Shown here: piece after piece, positions 51,148-62,081 of the stretch | Numbering within the stretch: the first letter of the stretch is position 1 | How the letters are laid out: every line of letters starts with the position of its first letter | NCBI RefSeq assembly: GCF_006345805.1 | Contig: NC_043010.1 | Span: forward strand, 52,824,001 to 52,888,000 | DNA: 64,000 bases | Direction: 5' to 3' | Source of the DNA: Octopus sinensis | Lineage: Eukaryota | Translations under genes and position numbers: made by a program | Notes under the pieces: generated by a model | Databases searched by the model: none | Told to the model about the DNA's origin: nothing | Seen by the model: only the letters and a program-made list of their open reading frames with translations

Positions 51148-52447
51148 TGAATAGATAAAACTGATGTCACAATGGACTAAGTCTATCCAGTAAATAACAT
51201 CATCTATCACTGCAGCTTCGCCATAGGGTAGAGATTTTGGTCCATACAACACTGCCCTAGCTTATTACTTGTTGGCATAGATTATCAACCAAACATTGAA
51301 CTTCCAAATTCTTCTTTTCAATTCTCAATTCCTCTTGTTCTTCCCAATTCTTCTTGATAGTCTTAGTAATGTTTCTTGTGTTTCTTTCTAAACTCATTCC
51401 CAATTATTCTTTTGATCAATCTTACTCATATAAGTCTTCTCAATCTCCTCAATTGTCTTTTTCTCAATTATTCTACTTTTTGATATCCCCAGTTCTCAAC
51501 CTTCCAAACATTTGTTCTTCGTATTTTCCATTCTCCTTACTCTCAATTGCTTTTTTTTAAAAATATTTCTTGATCTCCTTTTAAATTTTTCTTGATATTT
51601 TTAATTTATTCTGATCTTTAAAATTCTTCTTCTCGAACTTCCCAATTTCTTCTTGATCTTCTTAATTCTTCTTCTTCTCAATTCTTATTTGAAGATATCT
51701 TTCATTCTTCTTCCACAACAGCTAATTTTTTCAAGCTTCTATTTTGATTTTCATTTTGCTTCCCGAGTTTCCCTGGGTTTTTTTTCCCCTTCTCCTTTCT
51801 GGTATTTCAATTTTACTACTTTTTACTCTTGTATTTTGATTTCTCTATTCTTAAATTTCTTGTCATTCTTTTTCTTTCAGATTGTCCATGTTCTTCTATT
51901 TCATTGGCCTAATATTGTACTTACATCTCCTTAACTATTGACTGATCAGCTAAGAGCACAAAGCAACAATAAAAAGTCTTTTACTAAAGCAACACACTGC
52001 ATCATACCATTTCCCAGTATGTTATTCGAAAACAAGCAAAAAAGAAAGAGATATACAAGGGGGAAACAACTCTATTACCAGTTTAACCTCCTGTGATTGA
52101 AAACAAAAATTACATTTGTCATTTTGTATATAGAGATTATGGACATTCAGGAAAAATTTTGTGACTGAAGTAGGTTTTACTTTTTTTCTTTTTTCTTTTT
52201 TTCCTCATTTTGTTTTCAATGACTTTTGGAGTTTGAAAGACGGTTATTTCAGGCAGAAATATCATTGCTAAGAAAATACTTCAAATATTGCAAAGAAGAA
52301 GTCGCAGACTACAAAACACAGCTTGTCTGTATAGAAAATGTTCAGAGAGCCTTTTGCCATTCTCATTCAACTATTGGTGTGAACGACGGTTTTCGGCAAC
52401 GTTTATAACCTCCCCAAATATTGTGTAAAACTGTCAACAAGTTTATT

Positions 52448-52483
<36 letters not shown>

Positions 52484-52607
52484 GTGTGTGTGTGTGCATG
52501 CGTGTATGTGTGTGTGTGTGTTCTTTGTGTATAATTACACACAAATTCTAAACACATTTTTACATTAGCACATGCATCTTTAACTATAGGAATGTATAGT
52601 CACATAT

Positions 52608-52826
52608 ATTTCTTTATTGCCCAAAAGGGGCTAAACATAGAGGGGACAAACAAGGACAGACAAATGGATTAAGTCGATTACATCGACCCCAGTGCAAAAC
52701 TGGTACTTTATTTATCGACCACGAAAGAATGAAAGGCAAAGTCGACCTCGGCGGAATTTGAACTCAGAACGTAACGACAGACGAAATACCGCTAAGCATT
52801 TCGCCCGGCACGCTAACGTGTCTGCA
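52608..52826 (-). mobile_element. SINE family A, alternative tail, young (CpG retained)
   Basis: GTCGACCTCGGCGGAATTTGAACTCAGAACGTAACGACAGACGAAATACCGC. Confidence 0.9.
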
Positions 52827-53015
52827 TATATGTATGCAGGTGTGCCTCTCTGAAACTGAGCCTAGAATTGAGTTAGATGCTAGAAAGAAACAAACTCATT
52901 CATTTCATTCATAAACGTAAAAATAAATTGAATGAAATTGACTTTCTTGCATAGGTACAAGGCCAGAACTATCAGTGAAAAAGAGAAATCATTTATATCG
53001 AAAAAAGGTGTTGGC

Positions 53016-53088
53016 GGCCGGCTATGAGACTTGAACTCACAGCTCATGATTACGTGTCATGGTTCTCTGACCGTTAAGCCAAACCACT
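53016..53088 (-). tRNA. tRNA-Thr(CGT)-like pseudogene or SINE head
   Basis: 73-nt span. Anticodon arm CATGA-CACGTAA-TCATG, T arm GTGAG-TTCAAGT-CTCAT, A-box TGGCTTAACGG, T6 tract 10 nt downstream (53001-53006). D-stem and outer acceptor stem are broken, and A replaces U33. Confidence 0.55.
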
Positions 53089-53510
53089 GTGTGGTAAGAA
53101 GTTTGTTTCCTGGTCACATGGTTCCAGGTTCAGTCCTACTGCATACCATCTTTGGTAAATGTCTTCTACTATAGCTTCAGGCCAATCAAATCCTTCTGAA
53201 TGGATTTAGAAGACAAAAATTGAAAGAAGCCCATAGTATGTGTGTGTGTGTGCATCTCTTAGTGTGTGTCTCCACTACCACGACCACGACCATGACCACC
53301 ACCACTAGCATTTGATAACTGGTGTTGGTGTGTTTACATTTCTGTAACTTAGCAGTTCGGCAAAAAAGACCAACAAATAAGTACCAGGCTTTTAAAAAAA
53401 ATGTACTGAGGGGGTGTCGATTTGCTTGACTAAAATACTCCAAGGTGGTGCCCCAGAATGGCCAGACTCTAATGACTGACACTAGTAAGAAATAAAAGAT
53501 AAAAGAAGAT
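53087..53510 (+). mobile_element. SINE family B
   Basis: Head (5' bases lost), body and tail. Confidence 0.83.
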
Positions 53511-53547
53511 ATATATACACATACATGTGTGTGTGTGTATGTGTGTA

Positions 53548-53844
53548 CATCCGAACGTGGCCGATGCCAGCACCGCCTTGACTGGCTTCTGTGCTGGTGG
53601 CACGTAAAAAGCACCAACCGATCATGGCCGCTGCCAGACTCCCTTGACACCTGTGCCGGTGGCACGTAAAAAGCACCCACTCCACTCACAGAGTGGTTGG
53701 CGTTAGGAAGGGCATCCAGCTGTAGAATCACTGCCAGATCAGACTGGAGCCTGGTGCAGCCTCCTGGCTTCCCGGACCCCGGTCGAACCATCTTACCCGT
53801 GCTAGCACGGAAAACGGACGTTAAACGATGCTGATGATGATGAT
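53548..53844 (+). mobile_element. RTE LINE 3' UTR fragment, young
   Basis: CpG-rich, two subrepeats, terminal block, (GAT)n. Confidence 0.87.
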
Positions 53845-53880
53845 ATGTGTGAGTATATATATATATATATATATATAATT

Positions 53881-54059
53881 ATTCAAAATGTATAGTATCA
53901 AATATCCATCATGGCTGATCTTAACAATTGGTGTCACGTAAAGAATATGCTGGAGTGTTAGGTAACAAACCAATTATGTAACTTTACGCTCCATTGTATT
54001 CTTTACACAAAACCGATGGATAAGACCAGCCGAGATGGATACTTAATACATTTCAAATA
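53881..54059. repeat. Diverged ~180-bp foldback element
   Basis: 53904-53966 vs the reverse complement of 53978-54040: 46/63 ungapped matches; the outer ends also pair. Confidence 0.7.
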
Positions 54060-54133
54060 ATATACCCACTCTGCAGACAGATATATGAGTGCATCTTTTC
54101 CCTGACTTATAGTCCCTTACATGACTCACCTAC

Positions 54134-54170
<37 letters not shown>

Positions 54171-54171
54171 C

Positions 54172-54404
54172 AAATTAGAGACAAAACCACTATTAGGCAA
54201 ATCAAACAATGAAAAACTTGAGCCAATACATATTATTTAAATATAACAAAATTATTAAAAAAATATAATTAATATCACACTACGATCGTTTCCTGCCTGC
54301 TAACTTCTTCAAATTTTTGAGTCGCAGTCATTCATCAGGTGGTTTAAATATCTAAAATATTTATCATTGTTTGATTTGCCTAATAGTGGTTTTGTCTCTA
54401 ATTT
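54172..54404. repeat. Perfect 41-bp inverted repeat enclosing a hammerhead motif (Penelope-like pLTR remnant, inferred)
   Basis: 54172-54212 is the exact reverse complement of 54364-54404. Confidence 0.85.
54278..54341 (-). ncRNA. Type I hammerhead ribozyme motif, partly decayed
   Basis: CAC-CTGATGA-[ATGACTGCGACT...AGTTAGCAGGCAG]-GAAA-C-GATC-G-TA-GTG. Core intact; stem I only 3 bp; stem II has two A.G mismatches including the first pair. Confidence 0.55.
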
Positions 54405-54656
54405 AATATAATATAATATTTTACTATAAAATTGGATTCAATCCTAAATCTGATTTTTCCCTGTATGTTTGGATTTATTCCCTAATATTTATTATATATA
54501 TATGTCTGTATCTTCCCCTTGTTAATGATTAACACGGAAAAAATAGATAGATAGTTATTACCAGGGTAGCAAAAAATCACACAAGTGAAAAGGCTGCAAC
54601 TCCTTGTTTTTAAAGGTAGAAACTTGGGGTTTACGTGAAATATTTTGTATAATATA

Positions 54657-55041
54657 TTCTCTTTTACGCTTATACTTGTTTCAGTCATGTGACTGTGGCC
54701 ATGCTGGAGCACCGCCTTTAGTCAAGCAAATCGACCCGAGACTTATTCTATTGGTCTTTTTGCCGAAACTGCTAATTTCAGCGGAAGTAAAAAACACACA
54801 GCATCGGTTTGTCAAGCGATGTTGGGGGGGGGGGGAAACACAGACACAAAACATACAACACACTCATATATATATATTATATATATACATATATATATGA
54901 CGGGCTTCTTTCCGTTTTCCGTCTACCAAATCCACTCACAAAGCTTTGGTTGGCATGAGGCTATAGTACAAGACACTTGCTCAAGGTGCCATGCAGTGGG
55001 ACTGAACCCGGAATCATGTGGTTCGTAAGCAAGCTACTTAC
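54657..55041 (-). mobile_element. SINE family B, full length
   Basis: Near-consensus reverse complement. Confidence 0.9.
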
Positions 55042-55112
55042 CACACAGCCAATCCTATGTCTATTATATATAAATTAATAAATGGATTTAAACGCAGTTG
55101 TTATTCAAATTC

Positions 55113-55209
55113 TTTTACTTCCGACACATGTTTCGAAGATATCATTGGTATTATTCCAAAGGAATAAAAAGGTGTAAGACAATGTAATCTTCTCTTCAGG
55201 GAAATGAAG
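55113..55209 (-). ncRNA. Type I hammerhead ribozyme motif with intact core
   Basis: ATTTCC-CTGAAGA-GAAGAT..CATTG...CAATG..ATCTTC-GAAA-C-ATGT-G-TC-GGAAGT. Stem I 6 bp, stem II 6+5 bp with G10.1-C11.1, GUC cleavage site at 55123/55122. Confidence 0.72.
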
Positions 55210-55425
55210 AAATGAAACTCATCAATAAGACATTTTAACAGAAAATGATGGATATGTATAGTGATTAACTGAATGCTATTAACTCCATTTATTTAGTTAA
55301 TTATATACATAATTATAACAAGGGATTGGCTATAAGCCTCTCCACGTACTGGAAAAGTAGATACCAAAAGATGCTATTACCACCTTAAAATTTCTGAGAA
55401 TGAAACACAGTGTGTCATTCTCAGA

Positions 55426-56896
55426 GATTTAGCTCTCATAGCAGATCACTACCGAAACTAGAAAAGAAATTTCGGGGTGGAAGCAAGGGTTAGAATCAAA
55501 GGGCCTTTAGAGTAAATGTAGCAAAAACCAAAGTAATAGTAAGTAAAACAGCAAGGCGTACTCAAAAACACCCCCTCGGGTAGGTGGCCTGCTCAATCTG
55601 TAGGAACGGTACAGGTAGAGAACTCCATAAGATGCACCCCAATGTAAGCTATGGACGCATAGAGGTGCAGCAACATTTAAAGGGAAATTAACAGATAAGA
55701 TAGCTTTCATGTGCGGCAGATGCACAAGGGGGCAATAGAACACAGACACTCAGAAAACAGATTCCATCACACTCCAGGGAGCGGAAGAAACTAGAAGTAG
55801 TTGATAGTTTCCCGCTACCTGGGTGACCAGTTAGTAGCGGAGGTGGATGCACAGAGAGTATCACCACTAGAATACGAATAGCCTGGGCAAGTTCAGAAGC
55901 TCCTACCCCTACTGGCGGCAAAGGTCTCTCCCTCAGAGCGAAAGGTAGATTGTATGATGCATGTGTGCGAACGCCATGCTCACGGTAATGAAACATGGGC
56001 TGTACTGCAGAGGACATGCGTGGACTTGAAAGAAATGAAGCTAGCATGATCGCTGGATGTGTAGTGTCAGTGTGCATGCACGACAGAGTGTAAGCATCCT
56101 GAGAAAATGCTGGATATAAGAAGCATCAGATGTGGTGTGCAAGAGCGACGCTTGCGATGGTAATATGGTCATGTGCTGCGGATGGATAGAGAGATGTTGA
56201 AGAAGTGCCACTTCCCAAACAGTTGAAGGTAACAGGGGGAGAGGTCAGACCAAGGAAGACATGGGATGAGGTAGTCAAGCATGACCTCAGAGCCTGGGGC
56301 CTCACATGAGGCAATGGCGAAGGACCGAGATCTCTGGAGATATGCTGTGACTGCAAAGACCCGGGCTGCTTCCTGCATCAGTTCCACATAGCCCCTGCCA
56401 TTCAAAAGATCCCAGATCGTCCTGCTGTGCCTGAGGAGATCTGTTGAGTCAAGTACATGAACATGAACGTCGAAATAAATATCAATGGAAATAGGAGTTA
56501 TGAGGCCTGTGCCGGTGGCACATAAAAACTACTATCGAAACGTGGCCAATGCCAGCGCGCCCCGACTGGCCTCTGTGCCGGTAAGACCATCTGAACGTTG
56601 CCAGCGCCGCCCTGGCTGGCTCCCGTGCCGCTGGCACGTTTAAAAGCTCGAAACCGTTCGTGAACGATGCTGGACACCCCCCCCCCCCCCCCCCCCCCCT
56701 GTGAAGTGGGCACGTAAAAAGCACCACTCCACGCGAGGAGGGAGTGGTTGGCGTCAGGAAGGGCATCCAGCCGTATAGAAACTCTGCCAGATCAACTAGA
56801 GCCTGGAGCGGCCCCTGGCTTCCCAGACCCCGGTCGACCGTCCAACCTGTGCTGTAGCGCGGAAAACGGACGTTAAACGATGATGATATGATGATG
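55426..56896 (+). mobile_element. 5'-truncated RTE-type LINE (ORF remnant 55426-~56370, 3' UTR, (GAT)n tail)
   Basis: Begins at DLALIA (just after YAD), then WKQGLESKG-RVNVAKTKV, LEVVDSFRYLGD, LPLLAAKGLSLRAKGRLYDACVR, RPRKTWDEVVKHDL; many frameshifts. Confidence 0.9.
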
Positions 56897-57079
56897 TATA
56901 TATTATTATAATATTTGTAAAATTACCTATAAGATTTTTATTTCCGCACTGACTCCTGGTTAAATAATTTAATGATTTTCCCGTTATCATGATTCATTAT
57001 ATATATATCTTATATATACATATATATATAATGTATATATATATATATGTATATATATCTATAACCATATATATATAAT

Positions 57080-57263
57080 ATTTAAAGCAGTTTGATTTGG
57101 TTCCATGATGCTTCAAGTTTCACAGGCCCCTAATGAAAGTCTGACTCCGTCAGGCTTCTGGAATGCCAAATGAGGAGGTATTCCAGTATTTTGAAGGAGC
57201 CAAGCTCTTTTAAGGGCCTGTAAAACTTGAAGTAGCATGGAACCGAATCAAGTTGATTTAAAT
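57080..57263. repeat. 184-bp foldback element
   Basis: Outer arms 57080-57129 / 57214-57263 are 43/50 complementary; inner arms (CTGGAATGCC / GGTATTCCAG) also pair. Confidence 0.85.
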
Positions 57264-57335
57264 AATACATGTAACTCCAACTGAATGTGTTGGGTACCAT
57301 TTTTTTTTGTTTGTTCCTCATTCACTTGTGTGCAC

Positions 57336-57381
<46 letters not shown>

Positions 57382-57579
57382 TATATATATCAACATATAT
57401 AATGTACTGTTCTGTGATGGCAAGATCAAGAGAAAAAGTACCCCACCTAGTGAGAGTTAAATATTATTTAATAAGCACAATATATGTATTTATGTGCTAC
57501 TCTCAGTTTCATGCAATGACAGCATGCCAGATAATAGTTTTTAACATGTCTGGTGTCTCAGAGCAATCCTCAGGCACCT

Positions 57580-58360
57580 AATAGTAACACATAAATACAT
57601 ATATTGTGTTTATTAGATAAACTATGTACAAATATATATATATATATATATAGTGAGAGAGAGAGAGGTAAATATATATATATATGTATATGTATGTACG
57701 TATATATACACACACACACATATATATATTTAGCTAAAGAAGGAAAATGCACACAATTTACATATTTTTTTGTATATTTTATAACATAGAATATTCATGG
57801 AGTCTACCGGTTTCACATTTTGCTAATCATGACTGGTAAATTGGTGAAAATATTGCAATTTCATAGTATCTTAAAGAGCTTTTAGTCAATGATGGTTACA
57901 TCAAGAATTTGTAAATGAACCAACATCTAAATAAATCTAAGGGAAGGCAATTCGCAATATATACATAAGTGCATGTGTATATATACATATATATCATCAA
58001 CATATATATATATATATACTTATGTATGTTGAAACACTAATTTCGCATGGAGAAGAAGTATCAAGTTCATTGGTAACACTCAAACATCATAACTATTGCC
58101 TGCCAGGAGAACCCAGTTCTGATGAAAATGTACATCCTCACCTCATTTAAATTAGGCAGAGAATAACTTTCAAATCCCAACAGAGTTTCTTTGAATTTGT
58201 GCTACAATGGGCACACATGAGGATATGACTTCTTCATAAAATCTATAACAAAGATCTGAACCTAACACACACACACACACGCACACACAAATCGATACGC
58301 CCATCTTTGTAAAAATTAGTTATGTATCCATATACCAGGAATAAATGTGTTTGTATATAC

Positions 58361-58407
<47 letters not shown>

Positions 58408-58463
58408 ATATATATCATATTTGTGTGCATGTGTATCTGTATGTGGTTGTATATACATATATA

Positions 58464-58520
<57 letters not shown>

Positions 58521-58649
58521 CTAATATATAATATATATGCATGTATGTGTGTATATATGTATATTATTATATAAAAAAACCACACATATATTATGTATCT
58601 ATGTCATTATGATCATCATCATCATCAGGTAGATATTAAATGATGATAT

Positions 58650-58684
<35 letters not shown>

Positions 58685-58697
58685 ATTATATATAATA

Positions 58698-58746
<49 letters not shown>

Positions 58747-59299
58747 CATATATATATATACATATAATATATATATATTTATAAATACATATATATGTAT
58801 ATACACATACATGCACACGTACACACACATACAAACTCACACTTGAAAACATATTTCAACACAAAAGCGTAGCGATATATAATTTGAGCATAATTATTTG
58901 CACACATCATACGTATCCGCGCTTGCATATGCATTTGTGTGTTCGTGCACGCACACGTATGCACATCTGCATTTGCCTGCCTACGTTGTGTATGTGTCTG
59001 CAACCCGTGCATGTACGTGTGTACAGCAAACAAACAAACAAACAATGATAGCACAAAAACCTGGAGCTAGCAATGTGGTATTACAAAATGCATTTTCCAC
59101 AGTTCATGTGGTGCTATGACCTGCATTTCTGCAAAACACACCTTACTAAAAACTATCCTGGGAGTTGCCCTCCTGGCTAATGAATCAGGAAATTCACCGG
59201 CAGTGAAAATAATTGGCATGCTGTTTGCGCTCAGTGTGGAATTGAAATTTGGAAAATGTTTTTTTAATGCAATTTACTTTATTTTATTTTAAATTATGC

Positions 59300-59332
<33 letters not shown>

Positions 59333-59456
59333 CATAAATAAATCTACATAAATAAAATATATATTATAATATATATATATATATATATACATAAATAATA
59401 TACAGATTATATATATATATCTATAAATATATACATACATAAATAATATAATATAC

Positions 59457-59492
<36 letters not shown>

Positions 59493-59526
59493 ATATATAT
59501 ATAATATAAATACAACACACAGAGAC

Positions 59527-59570
<44 letters not shown>

Positions 59571-60347
59571 GTTTATGTGAATGTGTATCTATTAACACAG
59601 ATATGTGAAACATATATAAAAACATTACATATGTGTGTATATATATATAATATAATATATATATATATACATTTACACATGTGTATATATATATACATAT
59701 AAAATATATATAATATATAATATATATGTGTGTGTATATATATATATATATACATATAATATATATATGTATATGTATATTATGTATAGTATAAATGTAT
59801 ATATATATATATATGTGTGTGTGTATATATATATATGAATTTTGTTTCTGATATGAGAAGGAACCTGAAAAGTTCAATATATATACTGTTAGTGTGTGTC
59901 CATGCACATGCATATGTGTGTATGTGAATTTGCTAGCTTGTGTGTGTGTGTGTGTGCATGCGAATGCATACACAAATTTACATGCGCACTTATGACTACA
60001 TATTTAAATGTGTCTATAAACACACACACGCACGCATGCAGAAATACATGCATCCACACATGCATGTACAAGTATGTGTGTGAACAAGTTTGTTGGTGCT
60101 TGTGTGTATGCGTACATGTGTGTGTGTGTGTGTGTGCGTGTGTGTGTGTGTGTGTAAGAAGTGTGTTTGTGAGTGTGTCTTCTTTGCGTATTCTTACATA
60201 CGCAAATTCAAAACACACATATTTACATTAGCACAAGCCTCTTGAACTAAGGGAATGTATAGTCATATATATATGTGCATACACATGTATGTATGTAGAC
60301 ATACATACCAGCAAAGTACACACACACACACACATACAAACACAGAA

Positions 60348-60378
<31 letters not shown>

Positions 60379-60662
60379 AACATGCAAACACAGAAACACA
60401 CACACACACACACCACACACATACAAACATGCAAACACACACACACACATACAAACACACAAACAAACACACACACACACATACAAACATGCAAATACAC
60501 ACACACAACACACACACAAACATGCAAACACACACACATACAAACACACACGCACACACACAAACATGCACACACACACACACACAAACATGCAAACACA
60601 CACACATACAAACACACAAACACACACCCAAACATGCACACACACATATACACACAAACATG

Positions 60663-60694
<32 letters not shown>

Positions 60695-60710
60695 AACATG
60701 CAAACACATT
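57580..60710. repeat. (TA)n/(CA)n microsatellite region, with a CA-derived minisatellite at 60310-60705
   Basis: Direct inspection. Confidence 0.92.
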
Positions 60711-60918
60711 CTTGTTTGAGCATCAGACTGTGACCATGCTGGGGCACCGCTTTAAAGGCGTATAGTTGATCAAATCAATCCCATAATTCCTTTTAAGCCT
60801 GGTATTTATTCCATCAACTATTTCAGCCAGAAATTTTAATTGTATGGATAGAAACAAACCAACACCAGTTCTGAAGCAGTGAAAGAAACAATAATCAAAA
60901 CAATATATTCATGTATTC

Positions 60919-61243
60919 ACATGTGGCTTAGTGGTTAGGGTATTCAGCTCAGGATCATAAAGGTGGTGAGTTCAATTCCCGGTGATGCATTGAATCCTTG
61001 AGCAAGACACTTTATTTCACGTTGCTCCAGTCCACTCAGCTGGCAAAAATGAATAGTACCTGTGTTTTAAAGGGCCAGCCTTGTCACACTCTGTGTCATG
61101 CTGAATTTACCTGAGAACTATATTAAGGGTGCACATGTCTGTGGAGTGCTCAACCACTTGCACATTAATTTAAGGAGCAGGCTGTTCCATTGATGGGATC
61201 AACTGGAAGGAGCCCTCATCATGGTAACTGACGGAGTGCCAGT
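60919..61243 (+). mobile_element. SINE family C, full length
   Basis: TGGCTTAGTGG, GAGTTCAATTCC, CCTTGAGCAAGACACTTTATTTCAC. Confidence 0.87.
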
Positions 61244-61259
61244 TTATATATATATTATA

Positions 61260-61433
61260 TTGGGGCAGGCGTGTTTATGGGGTTACTCTGGGTTTCTCCC
61301 TCAAAAGGGGTTTAGCCTAACGGCGTACCTTCAGACCTCAAGCACTGCTGTTTGGGGTCTGAAGATACACCACAAGGCTAAACCACTTATGAGCAAGAAA
61401 CCCAGGGTAACCCCATAAACCGGCCAACCCCAA
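61260..61433. repeat. 174-bp foldback, MITE-like
   Basis: Three nested arm pairs: 33/38 (outer), 10/10 (61309-61318 / 61375-61384) and 12/13 (61329-61341 / 61352-61364). TA on the left, CA on the right. Confidence 0.85.
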
Positions 61434-61558
61434 CAGGTACTATTCATATAATATTAACTGTTCTACATCTTAGAGTGTGGTTCTCTTCCAAATTTATGTA
61501 TTTCTACAAACAATCCTATATATATATATATATACATATCAATTCATATGCATCCTTA

Positions 61559-61720
61559 GGCGCAGGAGTGGCTGTGTGGTAAGTAGCTTGCTTACCAACC
61601 ACATGGTTTCGGGTTCATTCCCACCTTGGGCAAGTGTCTTCTGGTATAGCCTCGGGCCGACCAAAGCCTTGTGAGTGGATTTGGTAGACGGAAACTGAAA
61701 GAAGCCCGTCGTATATATGT

Positions 61721-61768
<48 letters not shown>

Positions 61769-61985
61769 ATGTGTGTGTGTGTATATGTTTGTGTGTCTGT
61801 GTTTGTCCCCCCCAACATCGCTTGACAACCTATGGTGGTGTGTTTACATCCCCGTAATTTAGCAGTTACCGATAGAATGAGTACTAGGCTTCCAAAGAAT
61901 AAGTCCTTGGGTTAATTTGCTCGACTAAAGGCGGTGCTCCAGCATGGCCACAGTCAAATGACTGAAACAGGTAAAAGAGTAAAAG
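61559..61985 (+). mobile_element. SINE family B, full length
   Basis: Near-consensus copy. Confidence 0.9.
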
Positions 61986-61995
61986 AGTATATCTA

Positions 61996-62081
<86 letters not shown>

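Noticed and set aside
52229-52408. 58-codon plus frame after a long T tract (FERRLFQAEISLLRKYF...)
   Set aside because: Two frames are open, no homolog recognised, no linked exon.
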